This document shows, piece after piece, positions 1 to 12,470 of a DNA stretch of 64,000 nt. Every line of letters begins with the position of its first letter. The stretch's first letter is position 1. Under the pieces are notes generated by a model. That model made no database searches. It was not told the origin of the DNA and was given only the letters and a program-made list of their open reading frames with translations. The DNA lies in contig NC_068981.1 of the NCBI RefSeq assembly GCF_001194135.2, forward strand, positions 122,350,148 through 122,414,147. The letters run 5' to 3'. Both the position numbers and the translations under genes were made by a program. The DNA is from Octopus bimaculoides. Taxonomy: Eukaryota.

Positions 1-90
<90 letters not shown>
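1..90. repeat. (ATT)n microsatellite
   Basis: Perfect ATT triplet run from the window start. Confidence 0.98.
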
Positions 91-879
91 TGTGGTGCTT
101 GTTAGTTGAAAAATATGATATAACCATACTTCATCTGATAAAGTGTTAACTTTTAAACATTTATGAGCCAAGGAAGAAAATGAAACATGAAACAATATTT
201 TATAGCCTTTCTTGTTTCCGCAGAAAATTTAATTAAGATTAACTGATTTCAGTCCATTAATTCACAGGGTTATTGGTTCAATAAATAGTTGTAAAAAACA
301 CGAGCAATGTGTTGGTTTTTATGACCTCCAAATTATTTTCTATTCAGTAAAGTGTAAAACAAAGATGAAAACCAAATGACCTAGTAAATATTGTTTCCCT
401 CTATTGATAAAATGGTCCAATGCACATATTTACTCATAAGAATTTAGATTTGTCTATTAATAACACACTTAACAACACAATTAACAAGTCTATAACGCTG
501 TAAGCAAAATAGCAATGGTAGCTACACATCATCGATAAAACAACGAGAACATTGGCAATATCAGATTTGTGCTTTTTTTCATTGTCATATGAATAGTTTT
601 CATTCCCACATTTATATATGAATATCAGTGAAATAGTTGGAGTGAATAGACGCACAGAATTACAGTCATATCGAACTGGAGTTCAGTTTGGTTTTAAAAC
701 TTGATTTATCAGGCATGGACGAGTTTCAGCAAGAAAGACAATCACTATTAAGATGCAATAGCACTAAAGATGAAAGAAAGTTTAATCATCGATATAAACC
801 ATCGGAATTCATTTTTAAATGTTATATTGTGGAGACATTATACATGATCAGATGCAAAGTTAATAACAACAAATTGATG

Positions 880-1360
880 AATATAATTGAAAATCGCCTT
901 CATGACATGTTTGCAACATGATTTTAAACGAAATAATGTTTGGTCAAAATATTATCTCCAAGGCTATGGTCCTGCTTGGTCGTAGTCCAGTGACTAAAAG
1001 AAATACAAGATAAAATGCTGCAAATCCTCACTCTGGGTAAACTAAAATATAAACAATTTTTTTGTAGTATTGATGTACAGGAGAGAGTGATTTTCCCGAG
1101 AAACTACTTCATGGTATGTTGGCCGCTCACGAAACAGCATTTACCAGGATCTTCCCCAATCAAGAACACCGGTGAGCTGCTACTTAAAGCGTGCTTAAAG
1201 TAGAGTAGTACAGCATACGGGTCACATATTTTCTTTATTTTTGACTTCGACGTGGAAGCTTAGACGGTGTACATCTGTTTTACGCGTCTCTGATATAATT
1301 TGATGTTACGAGAAGCTTTTCCGAGGGACGTAAGTCAGGTTGTTTAGGTATATAGTTTCA
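880..1360 (+). mobile_element. Possible highly decayed Tc1/IS630-family transposase remnant
   Basis: Frameshifted translation gives 'VWS..(Q)GYGP-LVVVQ' near 940-990, like the Tc1 'MVWGAI..G.GPL..I.G' block. The bases 'ccaggatcttccccaatcaagaacacc' near 1145-1170 are close to codons for SPDLSPIEN. No TIR seen. Confidence 0.3.
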
Positions 1361-3519
1361 CCAATGGCGATAAGTTCAAATTTTTCCTCATTTATGTAAC
1401 ATGCTTCATTTTATCACCAAAACCATTAGGGTAGGTTCGGAGTCGTGTTTAGCTGCAGAATCCTTCAATAACTTTATGATATGTATGAATATGTGTATGT
1501 GACAAAGAAGATCCTACAAGTTACGACGTTTTTTTATAAGCCACTCTGCGCTTCATATATGTTTTCTAAATAGTTGTTTGATGTTTTCACTTTTGCGGTA
1601 ATGGTAATGCGGCAGCGCAATAACAGTACGAATGTTTTTCTTGTATTTGAATATCAGATCTTGTGTCACATTTTAATGGGTGACATCATTTTATTGGATT
1701 CACTGGTTTTATTAACCAACTGAAAGCGTTTGCTGAACCATTATATAATGATCCACACGAACTTTTGAAAATGGGACGAGAATCAATGCTAGTTTTATTC
1801 TTTGATTAGCAGTTCCACTGAAACCCTTCTGGAACTTGTTTTTGTTCTGGCACTTATTTTTGTTTTGGGTTAAATCACGGTGGGCTAACGTCTTTCCGGA
1901 ATCGATAAAATTAAGCACTAGAAATTTTCTCGAGTCAGTATAATCATCTAGTCTCTCTTCTCTCAATAACATGTGCATATTCCAGAAAAAAAATAACACG
2001 AGGCTGCATCGGTACATTACCAAAATGTCTTGTGTCATGTAATTAAGCCTCATTATTATCTGTCTGAATATCGAAACAGTTTCGTTATGGAACAGTTTTG
2101 CTTTTATTATGACTGTTTTTTTTTTATCCGTTAATTATCCAAAGAAACACTTGTCTGCTGGGGCCGATGTAGTTGAATATTTTCTCATCAAAAATATGTT
2201 GAATCTTTTATATGATAGAAAACCTTAATGTAATTCTAAAGAATAATTAAGGATACAATCAGTGAATAAATGCTTTGTAATATTTATGTTACGTCGATGC
2301 AACCAGCTGCCCCCACTCAGAAAAAGTATAATTTTGCAACTACATTAAAAATTACAGAACATGCAAAACTTCTATTCTAAGTGGCTTGTAGTACTTAGCA
2401 ATTTTCCCTTATGCTGTGCGACTTTATATTCCCCCCGGAATAAACTTTTCCTTTCATCCTAATAGAGAGGGCTAATAAATTGGTGCTGGTAATGTTCAGC
2501 AGTTGATTCTCTGTTCTTCTAAATCTTTTGTCTTTGTCCAATGTAAAAAATAATCATTACGTATGATAAAGCTTCAACAGCTCTTTCGTAATGTGTAATA
2601 TATCAGTCAATCAATCAATCAAACAATTCTGTAAGATCATCTGCCAACGCGGTATTGTTGCAATCCATAAGATCTGATTTTGAATTAACTTATGCGGACA
2701 TCAAAGAGAAATCGCGGAACTAAGATAATATATTAAACTAACTAAAAACACTGTTGCACTAAACTATTTCGTTAGGCAACCGGCTACACTACATAACATT
2801 TATTTCTATCACTGACGTTAGATTACATTTTTGAAATGCATATTACAATTAATTTAATTATGACCGATTATTCTCCGCTAGTATTTTCTAACATTCTCAA
2901 GATAATATTGGACAGGTTAACATTTGAGATATAACTTAAATCCTAAAAAGCTACTGCGTAGATATTATACGGCATTCACTAAGGCGAGGAGCTAATACGT
3001 CTTTCCATAGGAATGTAAACATTCTAATCAGTTATTCGAACTAAAAATAACATATACAAAGTCAGTCTCACCTAAATATTATCAAACTAAATAACTTTAC
3101 TCAAGTTAACTTTAAGACGCTTCGCTTTCAAGTTAATATACATCTTCAGTCATATTGTAGAAATAGTCAAAGAACATATATCCGGTATTGGTTGGTCTTT
3201 AAAGCTCATGCTATTAAATTCGGGAGATTTACTTCACTGTACTTCTTATTCAATAGTTTCTCCTTCTATCAAGTAAATTCACCTAACTGCATGAACGACT
3301 AATATATATATATATATAAAGAAATAATTGAAATTCAGTGGAATAAGGTACTTAAGTTGAAGCAACAAGTCAGTGTGGTATTATCCTTACAACTCAAAGT
3401 AAGGTGAATAAAATCAAAATAAGCGACAGGGTATCAAAAGGGGATGCAATACGACCGTTTCAAGCAGATCCATTTAATTGAATAATGCAATCATTACATC
3501 AATTTCACTACAAGGCTAT

Positions 3520-3521
3520 CC

Positions 3522-3555
<34 letters not shown>

Positions 3556-3735
3556 AGTGTGTGTGTGTGTGTGTGTATGTGTGTGTGTGTGTGTGTGGAG
3601 GGAAAATGTATATATGTATGTATATTTATATGCATGTATATATGTATATATATATATATCCATTCACACACACATATAATATATATGTGTGTGTGTGTGT
3701 GTATGTGCGTGTGGTTGAGCGTATGTATGTATGCA
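3520..3735. repeat. Compound (TA)n/(TG)n microsatellite
   Basis: Visible dinucleotide runs; source of the VCVC/YIYI ORFs. Confidence 0.95.
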
Positions 3736-4702
3736 TGACTGCCTTTATGTGTATGTGCACATGCACTGCGAATGTCCTACTGTATATGTATTTTAAATAA
3801 TATTTTATATTCCATTCTATCCCATCTTAGTTATTTATATATTGTAAATAAACTATACGTTATTATTTGCTCAGTAGTATTATAACTAGTAGTTCTGATT
3901 TTAATGACAGTAATCATTTCTATTTTCTTCTTCCAACGAGGAAGTAACCTACAAGCATGCAGCTATATAATTATATGCATCTATTATTATCACTGGCATA
4001 CACATGTGTTTAATCTCGTAATCAGTTTCAGTTATACTTTCGTAGATAGCTACGTGTGTGCGGGTGCGTGCGGGTGCGAGGGTGTGTATGTGTGCTCATT
4101 GGCGTATGCGTGCTCATTGGCGTATGTGTCAATGCCTGTATGTTTTCAAATGAAAGTGTATTTGCGTCTGAGAAGATGAGCGCCCGTATTCTACCTTAGA
4201 AAAATATGCACGCTTTATCACATTGTGAGATTACTAAAAAGCATATTGCGGCTGTGTATACACACGCACATATACACATTCTGACGACACTTACATGTAT
4301 ACATTATTTTAAATACTAATGAGTTAAATGTTTTAAAATATGTAGATAATTACAAGTTATATAGTTATATATAAGTAAATATACACTTTAGGTAAATAAG
4401 CACTGAGATTTTTAATCGCAGTGATTTTGAAACCTTTCAAGAATTATACACAGACAACGATAGGGACAGTGAAGGAAAGGAAAGAGAGGGTAGCAGAAAA
4501 GAAGGTAGAGTGAGAGAGGCATCAGTGTATCATTTAATGCAAATATGCAATTCAAAGGCAAATTTACTGCGGTATTCACCTGAGATAATAGCGCTTACAC
4601 AAATGTTGTGCTCGAAAACATCCCGGCAACAGACTGGACATCGCCGATAAAAGTTAACACTTAGAGACATTGACTAAAATTGTAAATCAGTGTAATTGTG
4701 AA

Positions 4703-4858
4703 GGAGTTGCTGTGTGGTAAGTAGCTTTCTTACCGACCACATTGTTTCCGGTTCAGTCCCTCTGCGTGGCACCTTGGGCAAGTGTCTTTTACTATAGCTT
4801 TGGGCCGACTAAGGTCTTGTGAGTGGATTTGGTAGACGGAAACTGAAAGATGCCCGTT
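4703..4858 (+). mobile_element. tRNA-derived SINE, family A (5' part)
   Basis: Head 'ggagttgctgtgtggtaag...ggttcagtccc' has A/B-box-like motifs. The body 'gtggcaccttgggcaagtgtct...ggtagacggaaactgaaaga' is nearly identical to 5461-5615. Confidence 0.85.
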
Positions 4859-5437
4859 ATATATATATATATATATATACANNNNNNNNNNNNNNNNNNN
4901 NNNNNNNNNNNNNNNNNNNNNNNNNNNNNNNNNNNNNNNNNNNNNNNNNNNNNNNNNNNNNNNNNNNNNNNNNNNNNNNNNNNNNNNNNNNNNNNNNNNN
5001 NNNNNNNNNNNNNNNNNNNNNNNNNNNNNNNNNNNNNNNNNNNNNNNNNNNNNNNNNNNNNNNNNNNNNNNNNNNNNNNNNNNNNNNNNNNNNNNNNNNN
5101 NNNNNNNNNNNNNNNNNNNNNNNNNNNNNNNNNNNNNNNNNNNNNNNNNNNNNNNNNNNNNNNNNNNNNNNNNNNNNNNNNNNNNNNNNNNNNNNNNNNN
5201 NNNNNNNNNNNNNNNNNNNNNNNNNNNNNNNNNNNNNNNNNNNNNNNNNNNNNNNNNNNNNNNNNNNNNNNNNNNNNNNNNNNNNNNNNNNNNNNNNNNN
5301 NNNNNNNNNNNNNNNNNNNNNNNNNNNNNNNNNNNNNNNNNNNNNNNNNNNNNNNNNNNNNNNNNNNNNNNNNNNNNNNNNNNNNNNNNNNNNNNNNNNN
5401 NNNNNNNNNNNNNNNTATATATACACATGTATATACA

Positions 5438-5777
5438 GGAGTGGCTGTGTAGAAGGTGCAAGAGTGCCTGTGTGGTAAGTAGCTTGCTTACCACCCATAT
5501 GGTTCCGGGTTCTGTCGCACTGCGTGGCACCTTCGGCAAGCGTCTTCTACTACAGCCTCGGGCCGACCAAAGCCTTGTGAGTAGATTTGGTAGACGGAAA
5601 CTGAAAGAAGCCCATCGTATGTATATATATATATATATATTTGTGTGTATATGTTTGTGTATATGTTCGCCAAAAGAGACCGAGAGAATATGTACTAGGC
5701 TTCCAAAAATAAGTCCTGGGGTCAATTGCTCGATTAAAGGCGGTGCTCCAGCATGGCCACAGTCTTAATGGTCTCAA
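5438..5777 (+). mobile_element. tRNA-derived SINE, family A, near full length with duplicated head
   Basis: Same head and body as 4703-4858, an internal (TA)/(TG) tract, and a tail 'ggcggtgctccagcatggccacagtc'. Confidence 0.85.
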
Positions 5778-5935
5778 TATTTGCCACAAGGTCAGCGAAT
5801 TGTGACTGGTGGTGGGGTGAAGTAAATCGATTACCTCTAGCCTGGTACAAAACTGGGACCTATTTTATCGGCCTCGGACAATTTCGAACTGAGGACGTAA
5901 TGACGGACGAAATGCCGTTAAGCGTTATGTCCGAC
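5778..5935 (-). mobile_element. SINE family B, diverged copy
   Basis: Reverse complement matches the family-B pattern at 43784-43965 ('ttcgaactgaggacgtaatgacggacgaaatgcc' on the + strand). Confidence 0.7.
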
Positions 5936-6229
5936 AATAAAAGAAATAATGCAGCCGACACAAGCTATCGTCATCATGAATCTTTCCATTGCATATAAAA
6001 TCTCATTAACCAAACCGAAATACCATGATTGCTTTTGAAGAGCTGCTATCCAAGAGGTAATCCAGTCTGTGTTTACAAAGACTGCAACACTTCGAGAGAA
6101 ACGGCTACAATTTGTGCGTCACATGCCCAAATTATATAAAGAATGAATAATAGTTTTGATCCCTTTAAGAATGCGCTGCGGAGCAAGCCCCTATTTTTTT
6201 TTATCAAACTCAACAAGATCTTTGTCTCT

Positions 6230-6471
6230 CTCTCTTCTTTCCTTTTCTCCCTCTCTCATCAGCTCTTTCTCCTCTGTCTTTCTGTCTGTCTGTTTCTCTC
6301 TGTCTGTGCGTATGTGTGTGCGTGTCTGTGCGTCTGTGTGTGCGTGTATGTGTGTGCGTGTGTCTGTCTGCCTGTATGCCTCTCTTTCTACATATATATG
6401 ATATATATACGTATTTACATTTACATATCATACACATCAACAAACACACACACACAAACACACACACACAA

Positions 6472-6500
<29 letters not shown>
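6230..6500. repeat. (CT)n/(TG)n/(CA)n compound microsatellite
   Basis: Visible dinucleotide runs. Confidence 0.9.
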
Positions 6501-6504
<4 letters not shown>

Positions 6505-6729
6505 CAGAATGTATCCTCGAACACAAGCTTCCATGCGTGTCATAGAAAATTAGAAAGGAACCTCTGACCTGTTCTACAATCTCCTTCACATCTAACACTT
6601 ATGAACACTGAATGTCACAACTATTCTCAGTCCCTTTATATAGCTTCTTATACCTGTCAGTGACTAAAGTCACACAGTATGCTATGCGCAGATACAGATC
6701 ACCTGAGAGAAGTACTACTCTAAATCTGT

Positions 6730-7105
6730 GAGCTGTCGATCAGTTTGTATAAGAAGAACTTTCTACCACGAAAGGATAAAAGCAAAGTCGACTTCGGCAT
6801 TATTGGCACCCTTAACGTATAGCCGGAAAAAAAATACCGCAAAGCATTTTCCGGCGTCCTATCGATTCTATCTTGCCGACTTGAAAGAATGATAACGAAA
6901 TCAAACTTTGTCATAATGGAAGCAATTGTGGTGGACGTGATTTAGTTGATCACATGGACCACGGTACTTAAATGATTCTTTGTTTTATCTACGCGGAAAG
7001 GATGAGCATCAAATTTGACAGGATTTGAACACAGGACTTAAATAGTCGAAAGAAATGTTGCAACACATTTCATTCTACTCTTTAAACATTTTGTCAGATC
7101 GCTGC
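6730..7105 (-). mobile_element. Two tandem diverged SINE family B copies (~6730-6882 and ~6918-7105)
   Basis: 'aaaggataaaagcaaagtcgacttcggc' and 'aaaggatgagcatcaaatttgacaggatttgaac' are reverse complements of the family-B core. Confidence 0.65.
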
Positions 7106-9600
7106 GTTATATTTTATGAATACGTACGAAAGAAAAAAAGGTATCTCATTATTTTCTCAAAGTTATGTTTAATTAGCTCTCAATTTCTACGTTGCACGTA
7201 TATAAATCTAAATGAAGTGAAGAGTATATAGCCTTTCAGATATCTGGAACAGCAGCAGCTGCTATTTGTATCACTATCAGACCGAGTCAGCAATTAATAA
7301 TCCTGAGACAGTTCTTTCGAGTATACTCAAATACAAGGACAAAAGTGCTGCATTGACTGGCTGTCTGTGGATGTAGTGTTTTTTTCCCACCAATAATACG
7401 TGGCACTTCGCATAAATAATTAAGCAATTATTAAATAAGGGAAAGTGATCGAGTAGCAGCGATGTATATTCGGTGCCTTCATATTTATTTCCAATTTCCG
7501 CATTTTGGATATTGGCTTTCTTCCCACTAATAAGGTTGAAAGGAATAGTCGTAAATTTCTGGATTGATTTAATTAATTATATATTTTTCCTTTTCATTTT
7601 GCCATTTCGCTTAATTAAGAGACGTTATAAAACAAACGGTCATTAAAGGAAAATTTGATCTTTCATATTTTTGATTCATTTGAGAGCTTCATTGCTATCA
7701 CATGTTTGTCGTAAAAAGATGTCTATTTCTTTCACTTCAGGCTCCCAAAATTGCTTTCGACGCATGTATTCAGCATCTCATACAAGATTGTTGTTGCTAT
7801 GTTTTTGCTTCTGAAATATTGATGAAGTTATTGGATTATTAAATCTAAAATAGCTTTTGGTTTGATATACAATTTTTCTTTAGCTAATGTTGCATTTTTC
7901 TTTCAATCTCGCACTCTGAATCTGTTAAGGTGTATTAGAGAATCTGTATCTTGTTTTTATATAATAGCTAATACTAATATTGGCAGGAACAACTTTAGCA
8001 CGTTTCTCATGCAAGGTATCTCTCCGCTTGATTTAGTTTATTTTATGTATATATTTTCTTTCTACTCTATTGAACATTTGTTTTCTATTTCTACAGATTC
8101 TATGTATACTTTCCAGCCTTAGGATTTTGAATAATTTTTATCAGATTTATTATATATATTTTTTTTTTATTTACGAATTAGACATCCATTATTCCTAAGA
8201 AATGCGTTAGTATGAAACATTCTTTGCAGTTTGTTAATGAGTAGTGAAAAGATTTTTCACAAAATCACAACTGTATATATATATATATATACACATATAT
8301 ATATATATATATATGTCTTTATTTTTTTCAAGATTCTAATAAATTTTCGAACTCTCAAACCTCCTTTGTTCTGTTTTCCTTCACTTCAAATTTCGATGTT
8401 TTGCTATTTTTGTTTGTTTGTCTCCTAATATTTGTAGCTTTTTTAAAAGAATATTCTTTATCGATCGAAGCCCAAAACCAGAGATGGTTTTGTAGATTAT
8501 AGTTGCAATTTATAAAAATATCTCAATTGTGTTTCTGTTTACCGAATCAAAGATTGCAGTTATTCCAGGCGAAACAATGGACTTTAGGAGAATTATTCAG
8601 TAGAAGAGCAGACACTCGCTTTGTAAAGCACTCTGGATACTGATTTTAAGTTTTCCTTTCACAACATTACTCCCGTATACTACTCTTCCAGCAAAATCTC
8701 ATCACGTTTTCTAATGCTGATGTTAGCAGTTTTATATTATTTAGCTTGTACAGTTTTGTTAGTTAATGATGCTCTTCGACGTACATAAGAAAAAAAAATT
8801 ACACGTAATAGTGTACAATGCTATTAAATAAAACCGATGAGATGCGAGAGTATTTTTTTAAATAGTTAACATTAAGGAGTCTTTCTCAGTGTGATATTTT
8901 TTTTCCTTTCAGTATAAGTGTTTGCGATGGAAGTAAAATTCAGAATTTATAAAAATATTTTTAGAAATAAATGAATAAAAAAGCAAACATTTACAATCAA
9001 GGAAGATATTTTCAATAGTGTATTGAAAATATACAAGAGTATTATCAGGCCTGACTCTTACAGCCAAATAGAATTTCTACGAAATCAACATGCCTGCTAA
9101 AAATAGCAATAGCTTTTTTTTATAACACGTACTTTTATCATTAAACTGTAGAGGTGGACAATATAATTCCGAAGAAAATATGTTCGTAGAAACTACAAAG
9201 GAATAGACGGAAACTATGTACTAAATGCAATCGTCACTGCAACATATTTAGGGTGCGGCTTTGGAATTTGTGTGACGAAACGGAATATTTTTTTGCAATT
9301 GATTTCAACTGCCAGTTATCAACTTAAACATATAATTCCAGTATCCTATAACAATTTCAATGAAAACCACATTCGCAAAGAAATATTTTTTTTAAATGAG
9401 ATTGTTAATAGTGTATCTAACTAGAAATGATGTATATAATTTCCCTACTAAATGAAACGTTAGATACATAAGTATTCTCAAAAAAAAAAAAAATGTGTTC
9501 TAGAATGCTTTTAACTTTACAATTTATGAAAAAACTCCCAATGTTTTATTCATGCGAGCAAAAATAACACTGTTGGTAGAAGAGAGGCTATGAATATATT

Positions 9601-9819
9601 TATTTCTTTATTGCCAACAGGGAGCTAAACAGACAGGGGACAAACAAGTGGTTTTAGTCGATTACATCGACCCCAGTGAGTAACAGGTACTTATTTAATC
9701 GACCCGGAAGGATGAAAGGCAAAGTTGACCTCGATGGAATTTGAACTCAGAATGTAAGGGCAGACGAAATACGCTAAATATTTCCCCCGGTGTGCTAACG
9801 ATTCTGCCAGTTCGCCACC
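9601..9819 (-). mobile_element. SINE family B, full length, with 13-bp target-site duplication
   Basis: Well-preserved core 'gattacatcgaccccagt...ggatgaaaggcaaagttgacctcgatggaatttgaactcag'. The flanking direct repeat ctatgaatatatt lies at 9588-9600 and 9820-9832. Confidence 0.9.
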
Positions 9820-9989
9820 CTATGAATATATTAAATATACATGCATACACACATGCGCGCGCGATTTATCGGCATGCATTGCCATGTAGAGTATGTCCTT
9901 ATTGCAAATGAATATTTAAAGCTCTGTTTATGCGTGACATATTCACGTTTTTCGTGATTGCAGAAATCACATTTAATGCAGCTGGTGTA

Positions 9990-10326
9990 GAACGATAAAA
10001 TAAAAAATGTCAAAGGTTGCGAGACAACAACTTCTTCCTCCGTGGATTCTGTTCTCCATTTCGACAACTGAATGTTGTTCTAGTGCTTGCACCTACTCAG
10101 ATTTTCAGACTTAAAATTAAGTTGCGTAGTGGAATTGTTAGATTTAAGAACAATATGAGATCTTTCTGCTATGCATAAGTTGCATTTCTTAGATCCATTA
10201 ACATGTTCTTTGGATTTCTTGGATTTCTCCATGATTTTGAACTTGATGGTATGTGGTGTGGAGTTGGTCTTCAAACCCCATGCGCAGCTAGCCAACTTTG
10301 TGGTAGAACTTTTGTCGATGTGATGC

Positions 10327-10330
<4 letters not shown>
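9990..10330 (-). mobile_element. Penelope-like element, C-terminal GIY-YIG region fragment
   Basis: ORF 10080-10370 contains 'TTKLASCAWGLK...NGSKKCNLCIAERSHI...LNFKSENLSRCKH', matching the PLE C-terminal pattern ST.LS..IW.LK...CNLC..EK..I...LN.R.EL...CRH. Confidence 0.75.
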
Positions 10331-10357
<27 letters not shown>

Positions 10358-10574
10358 ATGATTGGCTCACTTCACGTCGCTTGTATCAGTGTTTCATGAG
10401 TTGAGACCTTCAGCCAGATATCATAATTAGTTTTGATGTTTGAGACCTTCAGAGGGATAAAATAATAAAACAGAAATTGTTTCACTTCTCGTGTTTACAA
10501 ACAAACAATTAACAGCTACAAGTAACTATTTTCAGAATACGAATCACTAAAAGAAAAAATATAATATAATTTCA

Positions 10575-10790
10575 AGTTTTGTTTCCGGCATCCCTGTAAG
10601 AAGAAAATCACGAAGTTAGCTAACCATATCTGGGACCTTAAGTTCAATAGTACACCATCCGAAACACGCAAAACACTACTAACACAATGCGTGGTCCACG
10701 CGATAAATTAATGGATCAAAGGGATGGAAGTTCTGCCCGGCAGAAAAATCGCATATACCTTTTTAGTTATAAGAACTCGTCTACTGACTC
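10575..10790 (+). mobile_element. Second Penelope-like fragment, inverted relative to the first
   Basis: Translates 'FRHPCKKKITKLANHIWDLKFNSTP' then, after a frameshift, 'NGSKGWKFCPAEKSHI'; homologous to 10080-10330. Confidence 0.7.
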
Positions 10791-11244
10791 TCGATTTGTA
10801 ATTTGAATTAATTGTACACAACTGGAGGAGATTATTTTATTGAATTGCCCTGGAAATTAACCCTCCCTCTAAATTAAGCATACTGCGTCACAAATTTTGA
10901 GCTTCCCCCATTGAATTAATTACACTAACCATATTAATTCCGACTCAAATAGGCAAACGGACATAGCTCTTAATTCCTTTACATCTATATTTCTTTTTTT
11001 TATTCTAATATTTCCTTTGACGTTTTTTATCTCATAGGTTATCGTACTTACTGGCTTTTATTCTGAAAGCGGAACCAAGTGGTTTAAGGTGGATAACTGC
11101 TTCTCAATATGCACCACTTTGTACAAGCTGCACCAATCATTTTATATTCAGAGATGTGAAATTAAAAGTACCGAAGATTAAACCCCACAAGTGCTAAATG
11201 ATATATAATGTTCAATCTCACACACACAAAATAAGAAAAAATAA

Positions 11245-11717
11245 TAATAAATGGCATCATGGGACTTGATTATTGGGCTCAACTTGAACAGCTGAAGCCC
11301 TATTCTTTGCAACACCTCCGTGAGCGATATATTATTTGCACCATGTGGAAAATATTTCACCAATATTATCCAAATGATATTGATATTATATTTACAATTC
11401 ACTCAAGGGTAGGCCCCGTGTAATGTGTCCGCTACAAACGTCGAGATCACATCACATAAGAACATTGCGACGCAATTTCTTCACTGCAAATGGTTCTGCT
11501 CTCTTCATTGTCATCTCAAAAGAAATTAAAATAGAAAAAGACCCCACAACTTTCAAACATTACCTGCACAAATTCCTCCAGGAAATACCGGAAATACCTA
11601 CAACTGGATACGTCTCAACCAACAACACATCTCTGCTTGAGTGATCCATGGTGTCCTGAAATAATTAACTAAAAGACTTTTTCAGGTGGTGCTATTGAGT
11701 TAGTCATGGCCCGGGCC
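11245..11717 (+). mobile_element. CR1/L2-type LINE, ORF2 C-terminus and 3' UTR (runs into a gap)
   Basis: 'GLDYWAQLEQLKPYSLQHLRERYIICTMWKIFH' followed, after a frameshift, by 'TTFKHYLHKFLQEIPEIPTTGYVSTNNTSLLE'. This fits the CR1/L2 C-terminal pattern Y.ERL..L.L.SL..RR.R ... FK..LDKFL. Confidence 0.8.
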
Positions 11718-12095
11718 NNNNNNNNNNNNNNNNNNNNNNNNNNNNNNNNNNNNNNNNNNNNNNNNNNNNNNNNNNNNNNNNNNNNNNNNNNNNNNNNNNN
11801 NNNNNNNNNNNNNNNNNNNNNNNNNNNNNNNNNNNNNNNNNNNNNNNNNNNNNNNNNNNNNNNNNNNNNNNNNNNNNNNNNNNNNNNNNNNNNNNNNNNN
11901 NNNNNNNNNNNNNNNNATATATATATATATATATACAGTCTAAATTTTCATCTGGCATGTGCGTTTATTAAACTGAGAAACGGGGAAGGAAGAATAAATG
12001 CTAGAATATGAAGACATACTGCGTTTTCATCATCATCATCATCATCATCATCATCGCACCATTATTATTTTTATTATTGTTATTATTGTCATTAA

Positions 12096-12470
12096 AGGTG
12101 TCGAACTGGTAAAAGTGTTAGCTCCTCGAAGAAAATGCTTTGTTCCGGAATTCTGTTCTACTTTCAGATTTATCTGACGACGATTCCACCTTTTAATCAT
12201 TTCAGGATTGATGAAATATTGATCAATCAAGCACTGGATTTGATGTAATCGGTTCACCTGCGACCAAAATTTTATGCATTGACGAATTATTATTGTTTGT
12301 GATTTTTGTTTATTATAAAAACAGAATAATTAGATCGTCCGACTCTTTACTTTCAATGTTCAAATTCCACCGACCTCAACTTTTCGTTAATCTTTTCGAA
12401 GCCGATAATATTAATACGAATTGACCACCGGGGTCGATACAATGACTTCACTGGTCTCTTCTCTCAATAT
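12096..12470 (+). mobile_element. Two diverged SINE family B copies (~12096-12275 and ~12325-12470)
   Basis: 'aaggtgtcgaactggtaaaagtgttag' head, 'gttcaaattccaccgacctcaac' B-box region and 'ggggtcgat' core. Confidence 0.6.

Noticed and set aside
1712-2053. 113-aa minus-strand ORF
   Set aside because: I see no recognisable domain or convincing splice context; it may be decayed TE sequence.
7430-8600. Possible old L1/Tx1-type LINE remnant on the minus strand
   Set aside because: Only vague hints ('QFWEPEVKEI', 'KAPNIHRC') amid many stops; not enough to call.
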